64,000 nucleotides of DNA, taken from an uncultured Gammaproteobacteria bacterium. Its GTDB lineage: Bacteria > Patescibacteriota > Microgenomatia > JAMCZE01. The notes beneath the pieces were generated by a model that searched no databases, had not been told where the DNA came from, and saw only the letters and a program-made list of their open reading frames with translations. The stretch is taken from positions 442,259 through 506,258 of the forward strand of contig CAZNUP010000001.1 of NCBI GenBank assembly GCA_964576435.1. Reading direction: 5' to 3'. Below, piece after piece: positions 1 through 9,483 of this stretch; position 1 is the first letter of the stretch; the number at the start of each line of letters is the position of its first letter. The translations under genes were made by a program, and so were the position numbers.

Positions 1-4
1 CGAT

Positions 5-34
5 TTGGCAAGTCATCATGTATGGCGTTATACT
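5..34 (+). promoter_or_regulatory. Putative sigma70 promoter for first operon
   Basis: TTGGCA (5-10), 18 nt spacer, TATACT (29-34), upstream of ATG at 61. Confidence 0.45.
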
Positions 35-60
35 AGTACCCACACTGGTTGGTTTAAACT

Positions 61-1560
61 ATGAAAAATTTATTAAAAAATCTTAACCTCACAAAAGGTG
101 ATTTTGTATTCTTTGCCCTAATCATTCTTCTCTTTTTTGGCACTAGATTAATTAACCTACTTATCATTCCAATCTTTACGGATGAAGCTATCTATTTAAG
201 ATGGAGCCAAATTATGGCCCACGACGCAAGTCTTAGGTACTTGCCTTTGTCAGATGGAAAGCCACCACTTTTTATGTGGCTAGTCTCCTTTGCTATAAGA
301 GGGGCTCCCTTTTTGGATTACCTCTTTGCAGGAAGACTTGTGGCAGTTTTTGCAGGGTTTTTTGGACTAATTGGGGTTTACTTTACAAGCCGTGTTCTCT
401 TTAAAGAAAAATTAGTTGCTAATTTCGCCGCCATTTTTTACTTAATTATTCCCTTTACCCTTTTTTACGACAGGATTGCCCTTGCCGACTCGCTATTAGC
501 AGCCTTTGGGATTTGGAGTATTGGCCTAGGAGTTCTTCTAGCAAAAACCTTGAGATTGGATGTTGCTCTAATTCTTGGATGGATAATTGGTCTTGGGCTT
601 CTAACAAAAACCCCAGCAATATTTTTCATCATGATCCAACCGTTGCTGTTTTTTACGGTTCGAAAATTCAAATTTGCTGACATTGTGAAATTCCTTCTGT
701 TAGTTGGCGTTGCTTTTGTTGAATCTCAAATAATCTTTTCGATTTTAAGGCTCTTCCCATTGTTTCATATGCTCGGTCAAAAAAACCACGAGTTTACGCT
801 GTCTCTGGCAGAATTCCTACAAAACCCATTTGCACTATTTTTCGGAAATATCAAAAGCTTGCTTTCATGGGAAGTTGGTTATTTAACAATCCCCGTTGTC
901 ATACTTATTCTTTTTGCTGTAGTAATGGCAATAAAAAAGCGCTTCCTCCCACCCTTAATCTTGACTCTTATTTTCCTAGGATTTGTAATTTCCATGGCAA
1001 GCTTCAATAAGGTAATTTTTGTCAGGTATTTATTAACCTTTACTCCCGCTCTATTTTTAGTAGCAGCATACGGTTTATTTGAGCTTCAAGCCTTAATTAA
1101 GAATAAATATTTTAAGATTTTGGCAATCGCCTTTTTCTTTGTTTGGCCCATTACGATAAGTATGGATTTATTAACAAATCCTATCCAAGCACAAATTCCT
1201 AAATCTGATTCCGACCAATATCTCCACTCTTGGCCAGCTGGTTTTGGTGTAGTAGAAGTAAGAGATTACTTAGCGAATGTTCCAGGCAAATCTATTGTTC
1301 TAACTGAAGGAACATTTGGACTAATGCCTTATGCCTTAGAGCTTTATCAAAGTGATTATCCAAATACGCAAATTAAACCCTATTGGCCATTGCCAAACAC
1401 ACCTCCTGAAGATATCTTAAAATCTTCAAAAGATACGCAAATATTTGTTCTTATGTATCAAAATCAAAACAAACCCGCAAACTGGAATATGACTGAAGTT
1501 CTACGCTTCCGTCAAGGAAATGGTAATGACTATCTCCGATTGTATAAATTAAACAGATGA
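61..1560 (+). CDS. GT-C fold membrane glycosyltransferase (PMT_2/ArnT/GT39-like)
   Basis: Polytopic; first-loop acidic motif IFTDEAIY, DGKPPLF, RIALADSLL; soluble C-terminal tail. Confidence 0.85.
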   Translation: MKNLLKNLNLTKGDFVFFALIILLFFGTRLINLLIIPIFTDEAIYLRWSQIMAHDASLRYLPLSDGKPPLFMWLVSFAIRGAPFLDYLFAGRLVAVFAGFFGLIGVYFTSRVLFKEKLVANFAAIFYLIIPFTLFYDRIALADSLLAAFGIWSIGLGVLLAKTLRLDVALILGWIIGLGLLTKTPAIFFIMIQPLLFFTVRKFKFADIVKFLLLVGVAFVESQIIFSILRLFPLFHMLGQKNHEFTLSLAEFLQNPFALFFGNIKSLLSWEVGYLTIPVVILILFAVVMAIKKRFLPPLILTLIFLGFVISMASFNKVIFVRYLLTFTPALFLVAAYGLFELQALIKNKYFKILAIAFFFVWPITISMDLLTNPIQAQIPKSDSDQYLHSWPAGFGVVEVRDYLANVPGKSIVLTEGTFGLMPYALELYQSDYPNTQIKPYWPLPNTPPEDILKSSKDTQIFVLMYQNQNKPANWNMTEVLRFRQGNGNDYLRLYKLNR

Positions 1561-3128
1561 AATCATTTGTCGCTATTTTTCTAATAGTTATTCTAGCCTT
1601 CGTTTTACGCTTCTATAATATTGCAACTATTCCGCCCTCCCAAGATTGGGACGAGGCAAGTTTAAGTTGGAACGCCTATTCAATTTTAAAAACCGGAACT
1701 GATGAATATGGTAATGCCCACCCCGTCTCAATTAGATCCTTTAATGATTTCAAGCCCCCTCTTTATGTCTACACTTTAGTGCCATTTCAAGCAATTTTTG
1801 GGTCATCTGACTGGGTCACGCGTGCTCCATCAGCATTGTTTGGTTCTCTAACTGTGCTAGTTATGTTTTTCTTAGGGTGGCTACTTGCTAAAAAGAAAGT
1901 TGGCCTTGCTGTTGCACTTTTATTTGCAGTTACTCCTTGGACAGTTCAATTTAGTAGAGTTGCATTCGAAGCAAATCTGGCTCTGTTTTGGTTTACTCTT
2001 GGTGTTCTGGGAGTTTGCCTTTTTATTAAAAAAGAAAAGGGCCTATATCTTATTCTTTCGACAGTCTGTTTGCTTCTTGCTATGTATGCCTACCATAGTA
2101 CAAGGATAGCAGTGCCAGTTTTTGTTCTTTTAGTGGCTCTTCTAAATGTAAAGCTTTTTTGGAGAAAAAAATTATTTGTCATTATTGCCGGTTTGATATT
2201 TGTGGTTGGCCTCCTTCCTCTTGCAAGAAATTATGTGCGAGTCGGGGGGACTCAAGCCAGGTTTGAGAGCGTCAGCATTTTTAATGCCAAACCTAAGCTA
2301 GAAACGGATACTAAGATTGAAAAAATTAATGCTTTACCATTTATTTACTATCCACAGATAATTACCAGAAACTGGTTATCACATCTAGATTTTAAATTCC
2401 TTTTCTTAACTGCAGACAACACAGATAGGCACCATGCTCCAGATTCTGGATTGTTGTTGTTTGGTGAAATTGCTGCACTTATTTCCGCATTTATACTTGT
2501 AGTAAGAAAAAGACCATCTTGGCTAGGGATGATTTTAGTTCTTATTTTTGTAGCACCTTTGGCATCTTCCATTTCAACCGGCTCTCCGCATGCGGTTAGG
2601 GGACTGTTATTAGTTGTGCCGCTGACTTTTCTATCAGGGTTTGGCATTGTAGGCTCTCTGGAATTTTTTAAATCGAAGTGGAAACTAGTTGTGGCCGGTA
2701 TTTGGTCAGTTGTTTTGTTCGCCAGTGTTTTCTATTTTACTCATCAATATTTCATTCACATGCCAGTTGAGTTTGCTAGGAATTGGCAGTATGGCTACAA
2801 GCAGTTAGTGGAAAAAGTTTTAGCAGTTGAAAATAACTATGATGCCGTTGTGGTAACCACTTACTACGATCAACCATATATCTATTTCCTAAACTATGGA
2901 AGAATTTCTCCAGTAATCAAGAATGATTCATTTTTCTTCCAGGGAATGGATAAATATGTCTTCCATGATCCGGCAGATGTGGAACTTTATGATAAGAAAT
3001 TGTGCTGCAAAATATTAATTGCAGCTGCTCCCCATGAAGAAGTTCCTGGTGCAAATATTATAGATAAGATATACTTCCCAAATGGAAGTGTTGCCTTCAA
3101 TATATGGTCAAAACAAGTAAGAAAGTAA
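1557..3128 (+). CDS. GT-C fold membrane glycosyltransferase (PMT_2/GT39-like)
   Basis: LRFY..WDEAS motif, DFKPPLY, FSRVAFEAN; about 12 TM segments. Confidence 0.85.
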   Translation: MKSFVAIFLIVILAFVLRFYNIATIPPSQDWDEASLSWNAYSILKTGTDEYGNAHPVSIRSFNDFKPPLYVYTLVPFQAIFGSSDWVTRAPSALFGSLTVLVMFFLGWLLAKKKVGLAVALLFAVTPWTVQFSRVAFEANLALFWFTLGVLGVCLFIKKEKGLYLILSTVCLLLAMYAYHSTRIAVPVFVLLVALLNVKLFWRKKLFVIIAGLIFVVGLLPLARNYVRVGGTQARFESVSIFNAKPKLETDTKIEKINALPFIYYPQIITRNWLSHLDFKFLFLTADNTDRHHAPDSGLLLFGEIAALISAFILVVRKRPSWLGMILVLIFVAPLASSISTGSPHAVRGLLLVVPLTFLSGFGIVGSLEFFKSKWKLVVAGIWSVVLFASVFYFTHQYFIHMPVEFARNWQYGYKQLVEKVLAVENNYDAVVVTTYYDQPYIYFLNYGRISPVIKNDSFFFQGMDKYVFHDPADVELYDKKLCCKILIAAAPHEEVPGANIIDKIYFPNGSVAFNIWSKQVRK

Positions 3129-3877
3129 GCATAGTAATTCCTGCCTACAATGAAGAAAAGAACTTTCGCGCGGGTCTTTTGAATCCAATGATTTCCTTTT
3201 TAGAAAAACAGAAATATACTTTTGAGGTAATTTTTGTCGATGATGGTTCAACAGATAAGACTAAAAGTCTTGTTCAGGATTTATCAAAGAAAATTTCTAA
3301 ACCTGGTAAAACGTATAGGGTGCTTTCGATTCCTCACGGCGGTAAAGCCGCAGCAGTAAAAGCAGGGATGCTTGATGGGGTTGGGGAAATAATTTTATTT
3401 ACTGACTTTGATCAATCAACTCCAATAAGTAACCTTGATAAATTTCTAAAAGCCCATGAAAAAGGTGCTGATGTTGTAATTGGAGTTCGTGGAGAAGGTG
3501 CCGAAACTAAAAAAGACACTATCTTTAGAAGATTTAGAAGCTGGGGGTTTGTCTTTTATGTTCAAATTGTAGCTCTTCCAGGAATTTCAGATACCCAGTG
3601 TGGTTTTAAATCTTTTAAACATGACGTTGCTAAAAAGATATTTTCTAATTTGAGAGTTACGTTTAAGAAGAAAGTATCTGGTGGCTATATGGGCGCCTTT
3701 GACGTCGAAGCACTTTTCATAGCAAAAAAACTTCATTGTACAATTGTCCAAATTCCGGTTAGCTGGGTAAAAGTCTATTCTGAAAAACTTAATATCTGGC
3801 GTGAACCCCTTCAGATGGCAATTGATACTTTAAATGTGAGAATTGCAGGCCTGTCCGGCAAATATGACAATATATGA
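3104..3877 (+). CDS. GT2 polyprenol-phosphate hexose synthase (Dol-P-Glc/Alg5-like)
   Basis: SIVIPAYNEE, VDDGSTD, GKAAAVKAG, FTDFD, DTQCGFK, AFDVEAL. Confidence 0.85.
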   Translation: MVKTSKKVSIVIPAYNEEKNFRAGLLNPMISFLEKQKYTFEVIFVDDGSTDKTKSLVQDLSKKISKPGKTYRVLSIPHGGKAAAVKAGMLDGVGEIILFTDFDQSTPISNLDKFLKAHEKGADVVIGVRGEGAETKKDTIFRRFRSWGFVFYVQIVALPGISDTQCGFKSFKHDVAKKIFSNLRVTFKKKVSGGYMGAFDVEALFIAKKLHCTIVQIPVSWVKVYSEKLNIWREPLQMAIDTLNVRIAGLSGKYDNI

Positions 3878-4854
3878 TTATCACCCAGACTCCTCTAAGA
3901 GTTAGCTTCCTAGGTGGCAATACAGACTTTTCCAAATACTATCTAAAACGAGGTGGCGCAGTTCTATCAACTGCAATTGATAAATATATCTACTGCATTA
4001 TTACCGAGAGATTTGATGAAAAAATTTACGTCAACTGGTCTAAAAAAGAAATTGTCGATACCCCAAATGAACTAGAGCACGAACTGGTTAGAGAGGCTCT
4101 TAAAAAAGTAGGCGTCACAAAAGGCGTAGAAATTAGTTTCTTGGCAGATATTCCCTCAGAAGGTTCGGGTCTTGGTTCCAGCAGTAGTGTTTTGGTTGGA
4201 GTTCTAAATGCTTTGTATCACTACATTGGTGAGACTCCAACAGAGGAGCGTCTTGCCAAAGAGGCTTGTGAAATTGAAATTGAAGTTTTGAAAAAACCAA
4301 TTGGCATTCAAGACCAATACATAGCAGCCTATGGTGGACTAAGATTCTTTGAATTCCAAAAAAGTGGTGCCATTAAATCAACTAGAGTTAATATCCCAAA
4401 AAACATCAAAGAAGACTTTGATAATAGTTTAATGATGTTTTACACAGGTAAAACTAGAAAATCGAGTACGATTCTCTCTTCAGTTAAAGAAAACATCAAG
4501 GATAAAGAAAAATTACTTGATAAAACTAAAGAACTAGCTGTAGCTGGTCATAAAGCCCTTCTTAAAGGAAAAGTAGAAACAGTCGGTAAACTATTAAACG
4601 ATTATTGGCGCTTAAAAAAGCAAATGTCCGGTGCTATTTCGAATCCCGAGTTAGACACTTTGTATGACAAGGCATTAAAGGCAGGAGCAATCGGTGGGAA
4701 GCTTTTAGGTGCGGGTGGGGGAGGTTTTATGCTTTTTATGGTTCCATCAGAAAAACGCCAAAGTGTTAGGAAAGCTCTTAAAAACTACAGAGAGATGCCA
4801 TTCCATTTTGAGAAAGATGGCAGTAAAGTAATTGTGAATATAAGTAGAAATTAA
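3874..4854 (+). CDS. hddA: GHMP kinase, D-glycero-alpha-D-manno-heptose-7-phosphate kinase (HddA-like)
   Basis: TPLRVSFLGGNTD, PSEGSGLGSSSS, GIQDQY, GGKLLGAGGGGF; clustered with gmhA. Confidence 0.85.
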   Translation: MIITQTPLRVSFLGGNTDFSKYYLKRGGAVLSTAIDKYIYCIITERFDEKIYVNWSKKEIVDTPNELEHELVREALKKVGVTKGVEISFLADIPSEGSGLGSSSSVLVGVLNALYHYIGETPTEERLAKEACEIEIEVLKKPIGIQDQYIAAYGGLRFFEFQKSGAIKSTRVNIPKNIKEDFDNSLMMFYTGKTRKSSTILSSVKENIKDKEKLLDKTKELAVAGHKALLKGKVETVGKLLNDYWRLKKQMSGAISNPELDTLYDKALKAGAIGGKLLGAGGGGFMLFMVPSEKRQSVRKALKNYREMPFHFEKDGSKVIVNISRN

Positions 4855-4855
4855 T

Positions 4856-5983
4856 ATGGCTAAAGGCAAAGTCTTAATAATTGGTGGTGCAGGATTCATT
4901 GGTTCCCACACAGCTGACGAACTGAAAAATAGAGGATATGATATTAGAATTCTTGATAATCTTTCCCCAAAGACTCACTTCGGCGCTTGGCCAGAATATT
5001 TAGATTCTTCTTTTGAGAAGATGGAGGGCGATGCGAGAAGTAAGGAAGATTTAGAAAAATCTCTAACTGGTGTTGATTATGTTATTCATCTCGCCGCCCA
5101 AATGGATCTAATGCCTGACTTCAGTGTGTTTTTTGATACCAATGTTACAAGTACAGCTTTAATTTATGAACTTATTGTCAAAAATAAATTGCCGATTAAA
5201 AAAGTCGTCGTCGCTTCATCTCAATTTGTTTATGGTGAGGGTCAATGGAATTGTAAAAAAGATGGAGTAGTAACCCCAAATTTAAGAACCCCTGAGCAAC
5301 TAGAAAAAGGCCATTGGAATCCAGTTTGTCCAAAATGCGGTGGGGAAATAAACTATTTAGGAAATACCGAAGACCATCAAGATCCACCCAATCAATATGC
5401 TATTTCTAAGTATGCAGAAGAGCTAATTGCTTTAAAAATTGGCAGGCAGTATGGTGTGCCTTCGGTAGCAATGCGTTATTCAATTGTCCACGGGCCAAGG
5501 CAGTCATTAAAAAATGCCTATTCAGGAGCTTTAAGAATTTTTGCCATGAAACTTTTAAACGGAGAAACACCACCAATTTACGAGGATGGAGCCTCGTTAA
5601 GGGATTATGTCTCAGTTTATGATGTCGCTAGAGCCAATGCTGATGTTTTGGAAAGTGATAAAGCTAACTACGAAAACTTTAATGTTGGCGGAGAAAAAGC
5701 CTACACAGTAACTGAACTAGCAACAATGGTTAGAGACTTGCTAGGTTTGTCTATGGATTTAAAACCAAGTCATCTTTTTAGAGTTGGTGACATTAGAAAT
5801 GCAGTTTCAAAAACAGACAAACTTCGAAAAATTGGCTGGAAGCAAAAAGACACTGAAGAGAATATTGTTAAAAAATATTTGGAATGGCTTAAGATTGAAG
5901 TTAAAAAACAAGATTTCTACTCCTATATTAAAGAAGCTGAGCAAAACATGCAGAAAAATGGTGTCATTAAAAAAGGAGCATGA
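4856..5983 (+). CDS. NAD-dependent nucleotide-sugar epimerase/dehydratase (extended SDR)
   Basis: GGAGFIGSH, HLAA, YAISK (YxxxK), RDYVSVYDVA; Cys-containing insert (CPKCG). Confidence 0.85.
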   Translation: MAKGKVLIIGGAGFIGSHTADELKNRGYDIRILDNLSPKTHFGAWPEYLDSSFEKMEGDARSKEDLEKSLTGVDYVIHLAAQMDLMPDFSVFFDTNVTSTALIYELIVKNKLPIKKVVVASSQFVYGEGQWNCKKDGVVTPNLRTPEQLEKGHWNPVCPKCGGEINYLGNTEDHQDPPNQYAISKYAEELIALKIGRQYGVPSVAMRYSIVHGPRQSLKNAYSGALRIFAMKLLNGETPPIYEDGASLRDYVSVYDVARANADVLESDKANYENFNVGGEKAYTVTELATMVRDLLGLSMDLKPSHLFRVGDIRNAVSKTDKLRKIGWKQKDTEENIVKKYLEWLKIEVKKQDFYSYIKEAEQNMQKNGVIKKGA

Positions 5984-6585
5984 ACTCAAAAAAATTCTTC
6001 ACCGATTATTTTTCTACTCTAAAAACCGCACTTGATGAAATTGATGTTAAAAAGTTGGAGAAAAGCTGTGAACTCTTAAAAACTGCCTATAAGGGTGGTA
6101 AAACAATTTTTACTATTGGTAACGGGGGGTCCGCTTCAACGGCTAGTCACATGGCCTGTGATTTAGCGAAAACCGTAAGAGGTCATAAAGGCGATTCAAA
6201 GTGGAAAGGCTTTAAAGCAATTTGCCTTGCAGATAATATGGGTTTAATAACTGCTTGGGCTAATGACGCGGGATATGAAAAAGTGTTTTCCGGACAGCTA
6301 GAGAATTTAGGTTCAAAAGGCGACATTCTTATAGCAATTTCATCATCTGGGAATTCTGAGAATATCCTCTCATGTGTTAAGCTTGCTAAAGAGCTTGGTA
6401 TAAAGACAATAGGGATAAGCGGGTTCAAGGGAGGAAAGTTGAAAAATTTAGTGGACGTAGCTTTAGTTTCAAGTGAAGAAGCTTATGGTCCAGTCGAAGA
6501 TATTCAACTTGTCATAAATCACGCAATTACAAATTATTTTATAAATTATTTCAATGAAACTTTCAGTCACACTAGCAGTTCATAA
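5980..6585 (+). CDS. gmhA: Phosphoheptose (sedoheptulose-7-P) isomerase, SIS domain
   Basis: GNGGSASTASH, TAWANDAGY, AISSSGNSEN, EDIQL..H. Confidence 0.88.
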   Translation: MNSKKFFTDYFSTLKTALDEIDVKKLEKSCELLKTAYKGGKTIFTIGNGGSASTASHMACDLAKTVRGHKGDSKWKGFKAICLADNMGLITAWANDAGYEKVFSGQLENLGSKGDILIAISSSGNSENILSCVKLAKELGIKTIGISGFKGGKLKNLVDVALVSSEEAYGPVEDIQLVINHAITNYFINYFNETFSHTSSS

Positions 6586-7324
6586 TGAAGAAAAGTTCTT
6601 AGGTAGATGTTTAGATGCGATTAAAGGTATCGCAGATGAAATCATTATTGTCGATGGGCAGTCTGAAGATAAAACAGTAGAAATTGCCAAAAAGTACAAA
6701 GCAAAAATTTTCGAAGTCAAAAATGACCCAATTAACTTTCATAAACAAAAAAAACTAGCAAACGACAAGGCTACAGGCGACTGGATTTTGCAACTTGACG
6801 CTGACGAAGTTGTTTCTAAAGAATTAGCAAAAGAAATCGTAGATACAATAAATTCTAATCCAATGAAGAATGGGTTTTGGATGCCCCGGTTAAATTACTT
6901 TTTGGGAAAATTCCTTAGAAAAGGTGGAACCTATCCAGATTACACGCTAAGACTATATAGAAGGGGAAAAGGAAATCTTCCCGCTGATAATGTACACGAA
7001 CAAGCAAAAGTCGAAGGGGAAGTTGGTTTTTTGAAAAACGATCTGCTTCACTACAGTAATCCCACCTTTGGAGATTACATTGAAAAACGCTTCAATAGAT
7101 ATACAGACGAAATGGCAGCCAGAGCAAAAAACCCCACATTTTTTAATTACGTGTTTTTGCGTCCACTAGTTGACAAGAATCAGGGTTTTCTGTCGATCTA
7201 TGTTAGACATTTAGGATTCTTAGATGGGTTTCCAGGTTTCATTTGGGCTCTATTTAGTGCACTTCATTATCCAATTGCATATTTTAAATACCTCGATATT
7301 AAAGAGGGTAGAATAAAGATATAG
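6554..7324 (+). CDS. GT2 glycosyltransferase (beta-1,4-glucosyltransferase WaaE/LgtF-like)
   Basis: HNEE, WILQLDADE, YPDYTLRLY, VHE, GFLDGFPG. Confidence 0.8.
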   Translation: MKLSVTLAVHNEEKFLGRCLDAIKGIADEIIIVDGQSEDKTVEIAKKYKAKIFEVKNDPINFHKQKKLANDKATGDWILQLDADEVVSKELAKEIVDTINSNPMKNGFWMPRLNYFLGKFLRKGGTYPDYTLRLYRRGKGNLPADNVHEQAKVEGEVGFLKNDLLHYSNPTFGDYIEKRFNRYTDEMAARAKNPTFFNYVFLRPLVDKNQGFLSIYVRHLGFLDGFPGFIWALFSALHYPIAYFKYLDIKEGRIKI

Positions 7325-7358
7325 GTTTATTCTGTCTTAGGAATGAACTTAATAATGC

Positions 7359-7367
7359 TGATATAAT
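7359..7367 (+). promoter_or_regulatory. Extended -10 box (TGaTATAAT), leaderless-type, for GT4 at 7374
   Basis: TATAAT at 7362-7367 preceded by TG; ATG follows after a 6 nt gap; lies in one of the few intergenic gaps. Confidence 0.65.
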
Positions 7368-7373
7368 TTCTCT

Positions 7374-8402
7374 ATGAAAGTGGGTTTGGTAAAACCACCA
7401 AATACAGGTAATTCAGTTCGAGGTGTTGGTTTCTATGCCGAGAGACTCTTTAATGCTCTTCTTGAAAAAAAGGATTTAGAAATTAGCTGGATGAACTATT
7501 CAAAAAACCCTTTTGCCTATCAAAAGTATGATATTGTTCATTTCCCATTTTTTGATCCTTTTATGTTGACCCTGCCTCCAGTTAGAGTAAGCCGAACTAT
7601 CGTGACAGTCCATGACCTCATTCCTCTTAAATTTCCAGCGCACTATCCTTTAGGAAGAAAAGCAAAAGTTGTTTGGCCTGTCCAAAAAAAGATCCTAGCC
7701 GGAGTCGATGGAATCATTACAGACTCAAAAGCTTCAAAAAAAGATATTGAAGAAATTGTCAAAATCCCTCCAGACAAGATTTTTATAACTTATCTAGCCG
7801 CTGATAAAGCGTTTCAAAAGTTAACTGATGAAAAACTTCTATCTAAAGTAAAGAAAAAATTTAATCTACCTGACAAGTTTGCTCTCTACGTAGGGGGCGT
7901 TAATTGGAACAAAAATGTTCCAGGATTAATAAAAGCTTGCGCCCTGATTAATCTACCACTTGTCTTAGTAGGCAAGGAATTTGAAGCAAAAGGATTGGAT
8001 TTATCTCATAAAGAATTAGCTTCATTTAGAGAAGTAACTGAGTTGATGGTAAATAATAAAAATATTTTGCCATTAGGTTTTGTAGAAACTGCTGATCTCG
8101 TAGGAATCTATAATTTAGCAACTGTCTATGTCCAACCCTCGTTTTATGAAGGTTTTGGACTCCCAGTTTTAGAAGCATTAGCCTCGGGTGCTCCTGTTGT
8201 TTCAGGAATGGGAGGAAGCCTTGCAGAAATTGGTGGTAAAGCAGTCGTCTTTGCTGAAGTTGATGATCCAAAAGATCTTGCTGAAAAAATATCTAAATCT
8301 AAAAAGAATGATAAAGGAATGGATCAAGCAAATAAATTTTCTTGGCAAAAGTGCGCTGATGAAACATATGACATTTATCAAGAAATTCTACACAGAGTAT
8401 AA
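7374..8402 (+). CDS. GT4 glycosyltransferase (MtfB-like mannosyltransferase family)
   Basis: VTVHDLIPL, PSFYEGFGLPVLEA (E-x7-E), KFSW. Confidence 0.9.
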   Translation: MKVGLVKPPNTGNSVRGVGFYAERLFNALLEKKDLEISWMNYSKNPFAYQKYDIVHFPFFDPFMLTLPPVRVSRTIVTVHDLIPLKFPAHYPLGRKAKVVWPVQKKILAGVDGIITDSKASKKDIEEIVKIPPDKIFITYLAADKAFQKLTDEKLLSKVKKKFNLPDKFALYVGGVNWNKNVPGLIKACALINLPLVLVGKEFEAKGLDLSHKELASFREVTELMVNNKNILPLGFVETADLVGIYNLATVYVQPSFYEGFGLPVLEALASGAPVVSGMGGSLAEIGGKAVVFAEVDDPKDLAEKISKSKKNDKGMDQANKFSWQKCADETYDIYQEILHRV

Positions 8403-9483
8403 ACTCCCTATTCTCATCTTTTTAATTTGGCGTCTGGGCTTGTTCGCCTTAGGATTTCTTGCAATTAATATTTTGCCGTTTAAAGCTAGTTTCCCCTATG
8501 TCCCTGAAGTTCTAATACCCAGTGGCTTCAATCAGGCAATCTGGCAGTGGGGTAACTTTGATGGAGTTCATTATCTAACAATAGCAAGTCTAGGCTATTC
8601 AGGGGATGTCGCCAGTGAACAAGTCTTCTTTCCAGTCTTCCCGATAATGATTTGGGTTTTAACATTTTTGACAAAGAATTATGTCCTTTCAGGCCTCATT
8701 TTGTCGACAGTATTTTCATTAATAGTAGGATTAGCCTTATATAAATTAGTAAAGAAAACTTTTGATGAAAAAATTGCAATCTGGTCCGTGCTATTCCTTT
8801 ACGCATTTCCAACCTCCTTCTTTTTTGGAAGCATCTATACAGAAGCGATTTTCTTAAGTTTCATACTTCTAGCTTTCTTAAAAGATGGAATTATTGGATT
8901 TATCTTTTCATTCTTGGCAGGGGGAACAAGATTAGTTGGCGGATTCTTGGGAGTCGCTGCTTTTTTTAAACCAAAAAAATTTGTCCTTCTTGCTAGTTTC
9001 CTTGGAGTCCTAGCTTACATGATTTATCTAGGAGCTACTTTTAATGACCCCTTCAAGTTTATTTCTGCTCAAAGTTCCTTTAAAAATGAGCGTGCCACAA
9101 GTTTTACGAGGGTAGTCACACCACCTCAAGTTGCGTATAGATACTTTAAAATTTTCAAAACCACAAGCCCACAAAATTATGACTTCTGGCTATCAATGCT
9201 AGAATTTTGGTCATTTATAGGCGGAACAGTTGTTTTAATTTATCTTTATTTTAAATCCAAAATCCCAAAACCTTGGATAATTTTTTCTTTAGGAAGTTTA
9301 ATTTTGCCTGCTTTTTCTGGAACATTTTCCTCAGTCCCTAGGTATCTTTTAGTTTGTTTTCCAATATATATTTTCTTAGGGAGTATTAAAACTAAATGGA
9401 TAAGATCCTCGCTTCTAGTAATATTTTTGGTCTTTGAAGCAATTTTTACTTGTTTATTTTTGAGAGGTTACTTCGTTGCTTGA
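8368..9483 (+). CDS. GT-C mannosyltransferase, PIG-V/Mannosyl_trans2-like
   Basis: WGNFDGVHYLTIA, FFPVFP, SIYTEAIFL, SVPRY; start moved from 8188 to in-frame ATG at 8368 to avoid a long overlap. Confidence 0.8.
   Translation: MTFIKKFYTEYKLPILIFLIWRLGLFALGFLAINILPFKASFPYVPEVLIPSGFNQAIWQWGNFDGVHYLTIASLGYSGDVASEQVFFPVFPIMIWVLTFLTKNYVLSGLILSTVFSLIVGLALYKLVKKTFDEKIAIWSVLFLYAFPTSFFFGSIYTEAIFLSFILLAFLKDGIIGFIFSFLAGGTRLVGGFLGVAAFFKPKKFVLLASFLGVLAYMIYLGATFNDPFKFISAQSSFKNERATSFTRVVTPPQVAYRYFKIFKTTSPQNYDFWLSMLEFWSFIGGTVVLIYLYFKSKIPKPWIIFSLGSLILPAFSGTFSSVPRYLLVCFPIYIFLGSIKTKWIRSSLLVIFLVFEAIFTCLFLRGYFVA

Noticed and set aside
8188-8367. N-terminal extensions in the ORF track (8188, 15322, 16103, 36053, 37233, 38800, 50507)
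   Set aside because: Upstream alternative starts give long overlaps; downstream ATGs match family N-termini and the coupling pattern
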